A DNA stretch of 22,482 nt. It comes from a virus. Its lineage: Duplodnaviria; Heunggongvirae; Uroviricota; Caudoviricetes. The DNA is taken from the IMG/VR virus record IMGVR_UViG_2531839146_000018, one strand, 5' to 3'. Under the pieces are notes generated by a model that saw only the letters and a list, made by a program, of their open reading frames with translations, made no database searches and had not been told where the DNA came from. The first letter of the stretch is position 1; each line of letters opens with the position of its first letter. The position numbers and the translations under genes are program-made. Of this stretch, positions 1 through 8,488 are shown in pieces.

Positions 1-276
1 TTACCGACTGCGGCCTGAGTTTTTTAAGTGACGTAAAATCGTGTTGAGGCCAACGCCCATAATGCGGGCTGTTGCCCGGCATCCAACGCCATTCATGGCC
101 ATATCAATGATTTTCTGGTGCGTACCGGGTTGAGAAGCGGTGTAAGTGAACTGCAGTTGCCATGTTTTACGGCAGTGAGAGCAGAGATAGCGCTGATGTC
201 CGGCGGTGCTTTTGCCGTTACGCACCACCCCGTCAGTAGCTGAACAGGAGGGACAGCTGATAGAAACAGAAGCCAC
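1..276 (-). CDS. insA: IS1 InsA (transposition regulator / N-terminal part of InsAB transposase)
   Basis: 91 aa ORF with zinc-finger-like CxxC...CxxC and HTH, recognised as IS1 InsA. Confidence 0.9.
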
Positions 277-331
277 TGGAGCACCTCAAAAACACCATCA
301 TACACTAAATCAGTAAGTTGGCAGCATCACC
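1..331 (-). mobile_element. Partial IS1 insertion sequence: insA-containing end with terminal inverted repeat (about 309-331); rest of IS1 lies beyond the window start
   Basis: Encoded protein [43 protein letters not shown]... is recognisable as IS1 InsA; reverse complement of 311-331 is GGTGATGCTGCCAACTTACTG, the characteristic IS1 terminus (recalled, not searched). Confidence 0.9.
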
Positions 332-1909
332 GTTGCAAGAGAACAAAAAGCCCTGGCAGCACGTAAGGAGAAAGCTGAATTAAAGCTCCTTGATGTATCA
401 AGCTCTATCAGTGCAATGCACCGTCTCTCTGTAGCGGAACAATACAAAGCTATTGCACAGGTTAGAGAGATAGCAAAACAATATGAGCAAGGGGCTATCT
501 CGCTTGCACGTATGAATAGCCAAATGAAACGCCTACAACAACAACAACGTAAGATTAATGGCAACAGAAAAGCTCAATTTGCCCCCGTTAAGGGAGGATC
601 AGGGAATTCCGCCACTATGGGCGCTCTGTTATTTGGAGGCGCTACGGCTGCTGCTGGCGTGATGGCTGTTAGTAAAACCTCTGAATTTATGGCTAATAGC
701 TTTGCGAATGCTGAAGCCCAAGGGGAGCTAATTCAACGTGCCAAGCTGGGCGGTGTAGACGTTAACCAGATGTATAACATTACAGAATGGGCGTATAAAA
801 ACGGCGTTGACTCTATGATGGGTGATCAAGGGGCTAGAAAATACCTGGATCAGATGAAAGATGTTAGGGAACGTGCCGCAAAATCCTACAGTGAAGCTGA
901 GTTAGTGAAAGACAAGAAAACCGGAAAATCTGAATGGAAAGGCGGTGATAACGCTATTAATGAACTTCTAAACATCGGTGTTATTAACAAGAGCGACCTT
1001 AAAAAATTTGCTGATAATCCAGCCGGATTAATTTCTAAGGCTGTTAATGGAATGATGAAAAAAGGGTTTTCAGATTCTCAAATTGGACAACGTTTAGAAG
1101 ACCTGGGCGATGATTTGATGCTTACGTCAAAATATTGGCAACGTTCCGTTAAAGATGTACAAGAAAGTATTAATCAGCAAAAAGCCTCTGGAAAATGGCT
1201 AACAGAAACACAGCAAGAATCTATCGTTAAATTCAGAGAACTAAACAGACAGCTTTCACAGCTTTCTGATGCAAGACAAGTAGCATTCGTAGACGGCTTT
1301 ATGAAGTCTCTCGATCCAAAAGTAACGGAAGAGTTTTTGAAAAACCTTTCTAATCTCACTCCGTATTTTACGAAGCTGGGAGAAGCTGTAGGAAGTCTCT
1401 TTGAAGCTATTATGAAGATTGTAAACTGGTTTAATCGTAATGATGATAAGACAGATGCTATTCAGAAAAATTTAGGTGATGCACCGCCATTAAGCAATGA
1501 AGGGATGAAACAGCATCTTTCTAATCTCGTTCCTGACCAATATAAAGGCGCTGGAACTGCAACAACTGCACCTGATAATAGTCATTCTCTCTTTAACACG
1601 ATTAAGGGATTGCTTTTCGATGATAATTCTTCTGTGTCAGATGTAAAAATGTCAGTCAATGAAGCACCGATAACCAATCTCAAACAGGGTGCTTTAAATA
1701 ATCTTGCAATGACAACTCCGGCTTATAATTTATCTCCTGTGTTTAATATAAATCCAACCTTTGAAGTGGTAACAGAGGTTCCTCTTACTATTAATTCTGA
1801 CACATCAAGATTAAGCGATTATGTGGATTTTACAGCGAGAGCAAGTCGGGATAGCTTCTTGAAATCATTAACATTAACCAGCTTATCAGGACAATCCAAC
1901 GGCGGGTAA
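332..1909 (+). CDS. Hypothetical protein, probably 5'-truncated by the IS1 insertion; coiled-coil K/E/Q-rich N-terminal part, Gly/Ala-rich hydrophobic segment (GALLFGGATAAAGVMAV), tape-measure-like or scaffold-like composition
   Basis: Reading frame is open from the base immediately after the IS1 terminus (332) and the first in-frame ATG (416) has no obvious Shine-Dalgarno; stop TAA at 1907-1909. Confidence 0.6.
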   Translation, partial: VAREQKALAARKEKAELKLLDVSSSISAMHRLSVAEQYKAIAQVREIAKQYEQGAISLARMNSQMKRLQQQQRKINGNRKAQFAPVKGGSGNSATMGALLFGGATAAAGVMAVSKTSEFMANSFANAEAQGELIQRAKLGGVDVNQMYNITEWAYKNGVDSMMGDQGARKYLDQMKDVRERAAKSYSEAELVKDKKTGKSEWKGGDNAINELLNIGVINKSDLKKFADNPAGLISKAVNGMMKKGFSDSQIGQRLEDLGDDLMLTSKYWQRSVKDVQESINQQKASGKWLTETQQESIVKFRELNRQLSQLSDARQVAFVDGFMKSLDPKVTEEFLKNLSNLTPYFTKLGEAVGSLFEAIMKIVNWFNRNDDKTDAIQKNLGDAPPLSNEGMKQHLSNLVPDQYKGAGTATTAPDNSHSLFNTIKGLLFDDNSSVSDVKMSVNEAPITNLKQGALNNLAMTTPAYNLSPVFNINPTFEVVTEVPLTINSDTSRLSDYVDFTARASRDSFLKSLTLTSLSGQSNGG

Positions 1910-1940
1910 TTCCCGCCATAACATTACAAGGAAAATTATT

Positions 1941-2654
1941 ATGGCAACGGCGGGAATTTTAACCATACGTGCAGCAAATACTCCAGAACAACACGTTCAG
2001 GCTGTTTACAAAGCAGAACAAGATATAAACTCTACAAAAAACGAAAATAGCAAAGCCAATAAAACAAAAGGAGAGAACGGATTTGCTATTGTTACCAGTG
2101 GCTTGGCATCTTCTGGCAATGACGTTTATGAAAATTATATGGCACTGGCCTTTGATAGTGTAGACAATGTGAACGTGAGACGTTTGGCAGATGTTACAAG
2201 CTACCCCGTAGAAAATGGTGCTACTGTGTCTGATCACGTTCAAATTAAAAACAATAAGTTTTCTCTTAAAGGAAGGATCACTGAAACACCGATTAAAAGC
2301 GATCCTGGCTTGTTAAAGAGTGCAGGGGTGAACGGGAACAGAAGATCATTAGCTATCGACTACCTGAATCAGATTATGGACAGTAGACAGCCTTTTCTTC
2401 TTGTTACAGAAAATAAAACTTTTGAGAACGTTGTTTTAACAGGCATCGAATACACAGAAGAGGCAAGCGAATCCCTGGTATTTGATCTTAGCTTTGAACA
2501 AATCAGATTAGTTTCTTATGGCACTGTAAACACTGTAGCTATCAAAACACAGCCATCTAAGAACATCGGGGCTAATATGAAAAAACGTGTTAACACTGAA
2601 AAATCAAGTAGTGAAGGTGAAGACACTATTACTCCTGCCTTTAAACAGGAATAG
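1941..2654 (+). CDS. Hypothetical protein (237 aa), function unknown; possibly a virion or tail-associated protein
   Basis: Long ORF 32 nt downstream of the previous gene, same strand; AAGGA upstream of the ATG; no domain recognised. Confidence 0.6.
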   Translation: MATAGILTIRAANTPEQHVQAVYKAEQDINSTKNENSKANKTKGENGFAIVTSGLASSGNDVYENYMALAFDSVDNVNVRRLADVTSYPVENGATVSDHVQIKNNKFSLKGRITETPIKSDPGLLKSAGVNGNRRSLAIDYLNQIMDSRQPFLLVTENKTFENVVLTGIEYTEEASESLVFDLSFEQIRLVSYGTVNTVAIKTQPSKNIGANMKKRVNTEKSSSEGEDTITPAFKQE

Positions 2655-2695
2655 CCGTAAACGCCTCTAAAACGCTCTGTAACGATGTAATTATA

Positions 2696-2728
2696 AAAGA
2701 GGCTACCAATCTATGTTGAAGCCTCTTT
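2696..2728. terminator. Stem-loop between convergent genes (9 bp stem AAAGAGGCT/AGCCTCTTT, 15 nt loop), candidate bidirectional terminator
   Basis: Inverted repeat read directly; flanked by a T/A-rich tract on the minus strand; lies between the stop codons at 2654 and 2736. Confidence 0.45.
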
Positions 2729-2735
2729 ATTGCGT

Positions 2736-4070
2736 CTATGGCGTTGTTTTATGCCTTAAATTTGATTTTTTATTGATTGATAAGCCTTTCTCTATTTCAG
2801 GGTAGCGTAGAAGCTCAATATAGTTTTTAAGCTCTACTGGAGAAGCTGCATTCTTGCTATATGTGCGGAATGTCTCTGTATTGCCGCGTGTATGGCCCAG
2901 GAGAAGGGCGATCCTGTCTTCTGGAATTTGATTTCGATCAAGAAGCTGTGCTACTCCGTGTCTCAGAGAATGAAACACCTTCCTTTCTGTTCCCTTTTCC
3001 CCTAAAGCCTTTCGTTTAGCTCTTGTAAATCTCTGCGTGTGCCACGTGGAACGTTTACCATCAGCACGCTCTGTAATGCTGGCGTGATAGAACAAAAAGC
3101 CATTGTGAGGCTTTTCACGAAGAGATAACACCAATGGAGTGATAAGGCTATGCACAGGCACAACACGTGCCGCAGCTTTCGTCTTTCCCTGTGTGATTTC
3201 AAAACACAGCACACCTTCGATCTCTTTCACATCGTCTATTGTGAGACTTGCTATCTCATTGATCCGCATACCTGTATAAGCACCGATAAGACACAAAGCC
3301 ATCATTTCTTTGTTTTCTGCTGAATCACCGGAAAATACTTGCAACACTTGCAATAGCTCTTTGTTAGAAAATGCCTCATAGCTCTCTCTACTTTGTGCCA
3401 CATCAAGCCTATGCCCTCGCCAGGGGGAGAGCGCCCTTTCTGGCGCATCGTGGTAACGTGATGAAGCTAACTCCCATAGCTGGGCCATTGGGCTGATATA
3501 ATTTGCAATTGATTGTTGTGAAAGGGTTTTTTGCATGTGTTCTATCCAGCCTGTAACAGTGGTGCGGCTCACATCTTGCAATGCAATATCAGGCTTTTTA
3601 CGGTAGGAGAGAAACATCTCTACCGCTTTTCTTGCCTTAGCTAAAGTGGCTGGCTTCTTCTTCGTGCTGTTAATTGTCAGGTAGATTTCAAGAATTTTAA
3701 GCAATGACGGACACGAAGACGCTGTATCTTGCATTCTGGTAGCTGTTTTGGCGTATTTAGCCTTACTGCGTAACAGTTCCAGCGTGTTCTCTATTGTGCT
3801 GTTTACAGGGGCGACACTCTCCCGTAGACAATGGTATTCATCTGCAATCTGATCACGCTTTCTACGTGCAACACGAAGATTACTTGTGTGCAGACTTCTA
3901 ACAAACGTCCTTTTTCCTTCAAAAAAGGGCTGCATATACACAGGCAACGTGATCCTCAAATAGTAGTTACCGTAAGAATCACAGATTATGTATTGATTGG
4001 GCTTGTATCTCATAAACTCCCCGGCTAAAGTGTCGGAGCGTTTGTAATGTGAAAATTGATTGTAACGCAT
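2736..4070 (-). CDS. Tyrosine-type site-specific integrase/recombinase (444 aa; start may be the internal Met at 4013)
   Basis: C-terminal catalytic region with HxxR (FHSLRHGVAQLL) and LLGH...Y signature typical of phage integrase family; N-terminal part unrecognised. Confidence 0.85.
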   Translation of the reverse strand: MRYNQFSHYKRSDTLAGEFMRYKPNQYIICDSYGNYYLRITLPVYMQPFFEGKRTFVRSLHTSNLRVARRKRDQIADEYHCLRESVAPVNSTIENTLELLRSKAKYAKTATRMQDTASSCPSLLKILEIYLTINSTKKKPATLAKARKAVEMFLSYRKKPDIALQDVSRTTVTGWIEHMQKTLSQQSIANYISPMAQLWELASSRYHDAPERALSPWRGHRLDVAQSRESYEAFSNKELLQVLQVFSGDSAENKEMMALCLIGAYTGMRINEIASLTIDDVKEIEGVLCFEITQGKTKAAARVVPVHSLITPLVLSLREKPHNGFLFYHASITERADGKRSTWHTQRFTRAKRKALGEKGTERKVFHSLRHGVAQLLDRNQIPEDRIALLLGHTRGNTETFRTYSKNAASPVELKNYIELLRYPEIEKGLSINKKSNLRHKTTP

Positions 4071-4152
4071 AGAAAATGATAATTTTTTCTATAAGATTCA
4101 ATCAATTAGTAATGGTCGTAGGTGATGGCATTAACACGAGATTAATCGAGTG

Positions 4153-4181
4153 TTTTACTCCTATTATCGGCACCATTCAAA
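4153..4181. repeat. Repeat X (TTTTACTCCTATTATCGGCACCATTCAAA), second copy at 21925-21952; candidate att-associated sequence
   Basis: About 24 of 29 positions shared with 21925-21952 in the same orientation. Confidence 0.45.
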
Positions 4182-4191
4182 CATCTCCCCA

Positions 4192-4272
4192 AGTCTACTA
4201 AAGTCTTTCAAAACCCCTTATAATCCGCGTATTAAAGCCCCGTTCGTCTTTTGACGTCTACTAAAGTCCCTC
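4192..4272. repeat. Two direct copies of TCTACTAAAGTC(T/C)(T/C)TCAAAA spaced about 63 bp apart in the inter-integrase region; candidate protein-binding (arm-type) sites
   Basis: Direct repeat read at about 4193-4212 and 4256-4275. Confidence 0.4.
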
Positions 4273-4288
4273 AAAATCTACGGCCAGA

Positions 4289-4340
4289 TGGGGGTACTTA
4301 TGGGGGTATTTGCTGTTCGGTTTAGTGGAGGTACCCCCAA
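4289..4340. repeat. Repeat Y: two direct TGGGGGTA copies (4289-4309) plus an inverted copy GTACCCCCAA (4331-4340) immediately upstream of the P4-type int start; near-identical direct copy at 21848-21868
   Basis: TGGGGGTACTTATGGGGGTAT versus TGGGGGTACTTTTGGGGGTAT at 21848-21868 (20 of 21 identical); candidate att core or integrase-binding sites. Confidence 0.5.
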
Positions 4341-5555
4341 GTGAAACTCAATGCCCGTCAAATAGACACAGCCAAGCCAAAAGAGAAGGCTTACAAGCTG
4401 GCCGATGGTGGCGGTTTGTATCTCTTGGTAAAACCTAATGGAGGTAAATACTGGCGACTTAAATATCGTGTAGCTGGTAAAGAGAAGCTATTGGCACTAG
4501 GTGTGTATCCTGAGGTTACTCTAGCCGATGCTCGGGCAAAACGTGAAGATGCGAAAAGAGGTATCGCTGGTGGTATCGATCCGATGGAAGCGAAACGAGA
4601 GGAAAAGATTGCCCGGGAAACGCAGTTAAACAACACCTTCAAAGATATTGCCCTTGAGTGGCACAGCAGTAAATTAAAAAAATGGTCTGCTGGTTATGCT
4701 TCAGACATCCTCGAAGCCTTCAACAAAGATGTGCTCCCTTACATTGGCAAAAAACCAATCGCCGAAATCAAACCACTTGAACTTCTGAATGTGCTGCGGC
4801 GCATCGAGGGGCGAGGTGCTACAGAAAAAGCCAAAAAAGTGAGGCAGCGGTGCGGGGAAGTTTTCCGCTATGCAATAGTCACTGGTCGCGCAGAGTATAA
4901 CCCTGCACCAGACCTTACTAGCGCGATGCAAGGCCATGAATCTAATCATTACCCTTTCCTTACAGCCAAAGAATTACCTGATTTTTTCAAGGCATTGTCC
5001 AGTTACTCAGGAAGCGCATTGGTTGTTATGGCGGCTCGTCTACTGATTATCACCGGCTTGCGAACTGGCGAACTACGTGGCGCATTATGGGATGAAATTG
5101 ATTTCAACAAGGCTATCTGGGAGATACCCGCTTCACGTATGAAAATGCGGCGGCCTCATATTGTGCCATTGTCTGAGCAGGCTCTTTCGCTTATTGGGAA
5201 GATTAGAGAAATAACAGGCAATTACCCTCTTATGTTTCCCGGGCGCAATGATCCAAGGAAAACAATGAGTGAGGCCAGCATAAACCAAGTGTTTAAGCGC
5301 ATTGGCTACGCTGGACGTGTAACTGGTCATGGGTTCCGGCACACTATGAGTACGATTTTGCATGAGCAGGGCTATAACACTGCGTGGATAGAAACACAGC
5401 TCGCTCACGTTGATAAGAACTCAATTCGTGGCACATACAACCATGCGCAATATCTGGATGGAAGGCGGGAGATGCTTCAATGGTATGCCGACTATATGGA
5501 TTCTCTCGAGCATGGCGGAAATGTGGTGCATATGGTGTTTGAAAAACACGCATGA
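4341..5555 (+). CDS. int: P4-type (IntA/CP4-57-like) tyrosine integrase, GTG start
   Basis: N-terminus MKLNARQIDTAKPKEKAYKLADGGGLYLLVKPNGGKYWRLKYR matches the conserved arm-binding N-terminal pattern of P4-family integrases; C-terminal HGFRHT...Y catalytic motifs; GGAGG 9 nt upstream of the GTG. Confidence 0.9.
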   Translation: MKLNARQIDTAKPKEKAYKLADGGGLYLLVKPNGGKYWRLKYRVAGKEKLLALGVYPEVTLADARAKREDAKRGIAGGIDPMEAKREEKIARETQLNNTFKDIALEWHSSKLKKWSAGYASDILEAFNKDVLPYIGKKPIAEIKPLELLNVLRRIEGRGATEKAKKVRQRCGEVFRYAIVTGRAEYNPAPDLTSAMQGHESNHYPFLTAKELPDFFKALSSYSGSALVVMAARLLIITGLRTGELRGALWDEIDFNKAIWEIPASRMKMRRPHIVPLSEQALSLIGKIREITGNYPLMFPGRNDPRKTMSEASINQVFKRIGYAGRVTGHGFRHTMSTILHEQGYNTAWIETQLAHVDKNSIRGTYNHAQYLDGRREMLQWYADYMDSLEHGGNVVHMVFEKHA

Positions 5556-5649
5556 AACAACTGGACAAGTGTACAGAGGTTTACTAAAGTATAGGGGAGT
5601 AGATTGATAAAAACTCACAGAGGATTGCTATTTAACAGTTAGCCCTGGA

Positions 5650-5900
5650 GAAGGGCAATCGCTCTTTTATAAACGAAGGTGTATTGAGCCTTCTACGCTG
5701 CTGAAAAGCGGAATGTTCTTTAACAGGCTTTGGCGCTGACAAAGCGCAATTGTTCTTTAAAACTACTGGATGTCACGCCTAATAGCGTGATCCTGCCGAA
5801 ATGCAGGGTAGCTCTACCCTTGTGGAGCAAACAAACCAAAACAATCTGACTATCTTTTATAAAAGACCGCAATATGTTTTTCATATTGTGGTCTTTGGCG
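5650..5900. promoter_or_regulatory. int-alpA intergenic control region: three direct repeats of about 20 bp (GGCAATCGCTCTTTTATAAA-like at about 5653, 5708, 5745) and a 15 bp-stem hairpin (5862-5896)
   Basis: Repeats and inverted repeat read directly; position upstream of alpA suggests operator or promoter function. Confidence 0.35.
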
Positions 5901-5982
5901 TATTCGACATTTGACGCAAATAAAACTCTCGCCATTCGTTGCAGGAGGGGGTTATTGCGTCATTAGTACAGGATATTAATAA

Positions 5983-6186
5983 ATGGCTAATTACAATTCA
6001 TTAATTCGTCTCTCTGAAGTTCAAAGGCGAACTGGTTATAGCAAAGCATGGATTTATCGTCTTATTAGTCAGGGGAGGTTCCCTAAACAGGTAAAAATTG
6101 GAAGTCGGGCTATTGCTTTTGTTGAGTCTGAAATAGATGAATGGATTGAGAAGTGTATATTAGAATCTAGAGACGAGGTGGCCTGA
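5983..6186 (+). CDS. alpA: AlpA-family transcriptional regulator / excisionase-like protein
   Basis: 67 aa protein with the AlpA signature (LIRLSEV...TGYSKAWIYRLISQGRFPKQVKIG.R.IAFVESEIDEWI); position directly after a P4-type int. Confidence 0.85.
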   Translation: MANYNSLIRLSEVQRRTGYSKAWIYRLISQGRFPKQVKIGSRAIAFVESEIDEWIEKCILESRDEVA

Positions 6187-6617
6187 TGGAAAAGAAAAAC
6201 CGCCCATTACAGGCGGCTAATTCAGATATTCGCGTATCTGATATTACGCCCCTTACAAAATCCCTTCAAGCACCAAAGCGCACACCGAAAAAGCATCGTG
6301 CCCGAGTCTATATGCTGCGTACTGGTATAGAGGGATGGACAGAAAACGACATTCTTCGCTACTGCCGTCTGTCTTCTGGTCGTAACTATGCAACAGAGTT
6401 AGAACGCCAGCTTGGAATCACTCTGGAGCGTATCGACGAAAAGAATCCTGATGGTATCGGAACACACCTTCGCTACCGTTTCTCCTGCCGTGGTGATGTT
6501 CTGAAAGTGATCACTCATATTAACCATCTTGCGAACATAAATGATCACAACGGACTTTCTCAGCAGGAAATTGCCGACATTCTGAAACTCTACCCGGACG
6601 CGTTTAACGCCGCTTAA
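6186..6617 (+). CDS. Hypothetical protein (143 aa), basic N-terminus; conserved-island protein of unknown function
   Basis: Start overlaps the alpA stop (TGATG), GAGGTGG Shine-Dalgarno; no domain recognised. Confidence 0.7.
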   Translation: MEKKNRPLQAANSDIRVSDITPLTKSLQAPKRTPKKHRARVYMLRTGIEGWTENDILRYCRLSSGRNYATELERQLGITLERIDEKNPDGIGTHLRYRFSCRGDVLKVITHINHLANINDHNGLSQQEIADILKLYPDAFNAA

Positions 6618-6629
6618 CGGAGACTGAAA

Positions 6630-7463
6630 ATGAACATCGAAAAAAGCAGATTAATTTCTGAGGCCGCCCCTCATCTGAACGCCTCTCTGAGCACAATTAA
6701 CGGTAATGAATTTGCCGCAATTGTCCCGGTTATTCCTGGTCATATCGGTGGGCGTGAAACCAATATTGTTAGCGCAAAAGCGTTACACAAAGCGTTGGGC
6801 GTGGGAAAAGACTTCTCTACATGGATCACTGATCGCATCTCTGAATATGACTTCACCATTGGGCACGATTACTCAGTCCATAAAACTATTTCCCCAAATT
6901 TGGGGAAAAGCCCGAATGGCGCGGCTTACAGCAAGATTAAGCAGTCTGGCAGACCCGGCAAAGACTATCTGTTAAGTGTCGGAATGGCGAAAGAACTGGC
7001 AATGATCGAACGCAATGATCAGGGTCGCGCTATCCGCCGTTATTTCATCCAGTGCGAGGAAGAATTACAGCGTAGCGTTCCTGAAATCGCCGCCCGCTAT
7101 CGTCGCCAGCTAAAAGCCCGTATCAGTGCCGCAAACAACTTTAAGCCAATGTGCGATGCGCTGAATATGGCCCGTGCCGAGCAGGGGAAAACGACGCAGC
7201 AACACCACTACACAAACGAGAGCAATATGATTTCTCGTATCGTTCTTGGTGGGCTAACTGCTAAGCAGTGGGCGCGGATAAATGGCTATTCTGGCGAACC
7301 TCGCGACCATATGAACGCAGAACAGCTTGAGCACCTCTCATATCTCGAAAGCACCAATATCACGTTAATTGATATGGGCATGGAATATGAGCAGCGCAAA
7401 GGAGAACTCACCCGCCTGTCGCAACGCTGGCTCGCTAAGCGTCTGGAGGCGGTCCATGTTTAA
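6630..7463 (+). CDS. Phage antirepressor-like protein (Bro-N / KilA-C type domains)
   Basis: Composition and motifs (N-terminal AntA/Bro-like region, C-terminal ...RAIRRYFIQCEEELQR... KilA-C-like region) recalled as antirepressor family; ACGGAG Shine-Dalgarno. Confidence 0.75.
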   Translation: MNIEKSRLISEAAPHLNASLSTINGNEFAAIVPVIPGHIGGRETNIVSAKALHKALGVGKDFSTWITDRISEYDFTIGHDYSVHKTISPNLGKSPNGAAYSKIKQSGRPGKDYLLSVGMAKELAMIERNDQGRAIRRYFIQCEEELQRSVPEIAARYRRQLKARISAANNFKPMCDALNMARAEQGKTTQQHHYTNESNMISRIVLGGLTAKQWARINGYSGEPRDHMNAEQLEHLSYLESTNITLIDMGMEYEQRKGELTRLSQRWLAKRLEAVHV

Positions 7464-7638
7464 GCCGACAGGAACATCACAACCTCAAAAACGCTACAAA
7501 GATGCCCACGGAGCACTCGTTACTGTCGAAAGCGTGTCTCACAACCAAGTGACGTTTTATCGCGACGGGTATCAATCGCCATGCGTACAACCGCTGGCAC
7601 GTTTCATGAAGGAGTTCGCGGAGGTTAACAAATGCTAA
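7456..7638 (+). CDS. Small hypothetical protein (60 aa; MFKPTGTSQPQKRYKDAHGALVTVESV...), possibly DUF4222-like
   Basis: ATG overlapping the end of the previous gene; family assignment is from memory and uncertain. Confidence 0.55.
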   Translation: MFKPTGTSQPQKRYKDAHGALVTVESVSHNQVTFYRDGYQSPCVQPLARFMKEFAEVNKC

Positions 7639-8480
7639 CCGCCCAGAAGAAGATATTTTCACTGGCTGGCATGTCGCCAAAATCCAGTAATATGACGGCA
7701 AAATCAGGCATTAATACAGCAGATACAAGCAAAGTTTATCATTTGCTGGTGGTAGGAGCGGATGCCTTAACTATGTCAGAAATCACGGTCGATGGTGTTA
7801 GCGTTGAGAAGGTCAGCAGCTGCGCCAGAGAATTTCTGGTCGTAGATGGCTTTCTCTGCTCGCGTAGTGACTCCACAAAAACCTTCGTCCACACGCGCGA
7901 CGTTAACGAAATGAGCGCGATGTATTGTACATCTGGTGCTTCCAATAGTGAGTTTTCGGAGTCCATAAAAAAGAGCTTGCCGTTATGCGGCAACACGGTT
8001 TATGGTTATAAGGCACCTCATAAAACGGGTGCCGGGTTTCGCAGCCCGGAAATGTACGAGGCGACACATGACGCGCCGAGCGTCTTTTTTTGTGCCGTTA
8101 GCCAGACTCACACTTTTTTCAGTGATGCGGTTATAATCCGCGTCGCTTGCAAAATTATGGTGGGCTGGACAGGGCAGCCGAAAGGCTGGCCGGTTTCCTT
8201 GTACGCCGGTACTGCGAACTCTGTTCAGTCCACCACCAGCGAGTTTCGCAGCTCCGGTGGTGGGAAGAATTCCCAGTACAAGGAGGCTGCCACATGCTGG
8301 CTACTACCCCTACCCAAAAACCGCAATTTATCTGGATTATCGCCGCAGTTCGCCGCGATTGCCCGACAATTACCGCCAAAATTCATCATATTGCTGCCGA
8401 GTCTGAACGCGATGCTCGCCGTTCTCTGGTGCGCGATCACGTCTGCTTTTTTGCTGGTCGTATCCGCATGGAGGTGGCAC
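7632..8480 (+). CDS. Uncertain ORF (first part of a 355-codon open frame); Ser/Cys/Trp-rich translation looks poorly protein-like
   Basis: ATG overlaps the previous stop and follows GAGG, but the frame runs into the well-supported gene at 8481 and overlaps 8294-8488 in another frame. Confidence 0.25.
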
Positions 8481-8488
8481 ATGATTAA
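8294..8488 (+). CDS. Small hypothetical protein (64 aa; [24 protein letters not shown]...)
   Basis: Strong AAGGAGG Shine-Dalgarno 8 nt upstream of the ATG. Confidence 0.5.
   Translation: MLATTPTQKPQFIWIIAAVRRDCPTITAKIHHIAAESERDARRSLVRDHVCFFAGRIRMEVAHD

Noticed and set aside
93-564. Minus-strand ORFs 93-305 and 310-564
   Set aside because: They overlap IS1 insA and the plus-strand gene on the opposite strand, have Cys/Arg-rich or otherwise unprotein-like translations; shadow ORFs
4071-4340. tRNA or tmRNA gene as the integration target next to the P4-type integrase
   Set aside because: No cloverleaf-compatible sequence could be found by eye; the interval is instead filled with short direct and inverted repeats
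4391-5618. Several minus-strand and alternative-frame ORFs inside the P4-type integrase gene (4391-4642, 4701-4949, 5133-5408, 5344-5568, 5410-5607, 5421-5618)
   Set aside because: Fully embedded in a confidently identified integrase gene; antisense or out-of-frame artefacts
5720-5935. Minus-strand ORF of 71 aa in the int-alpA intergenic region as a divergent repressor gene
   Set aside because: No ribosome-binding site seen, the translation is not regulator-like, and the span coincides with the repeat and hairpin elements; more likely regulatory DNA
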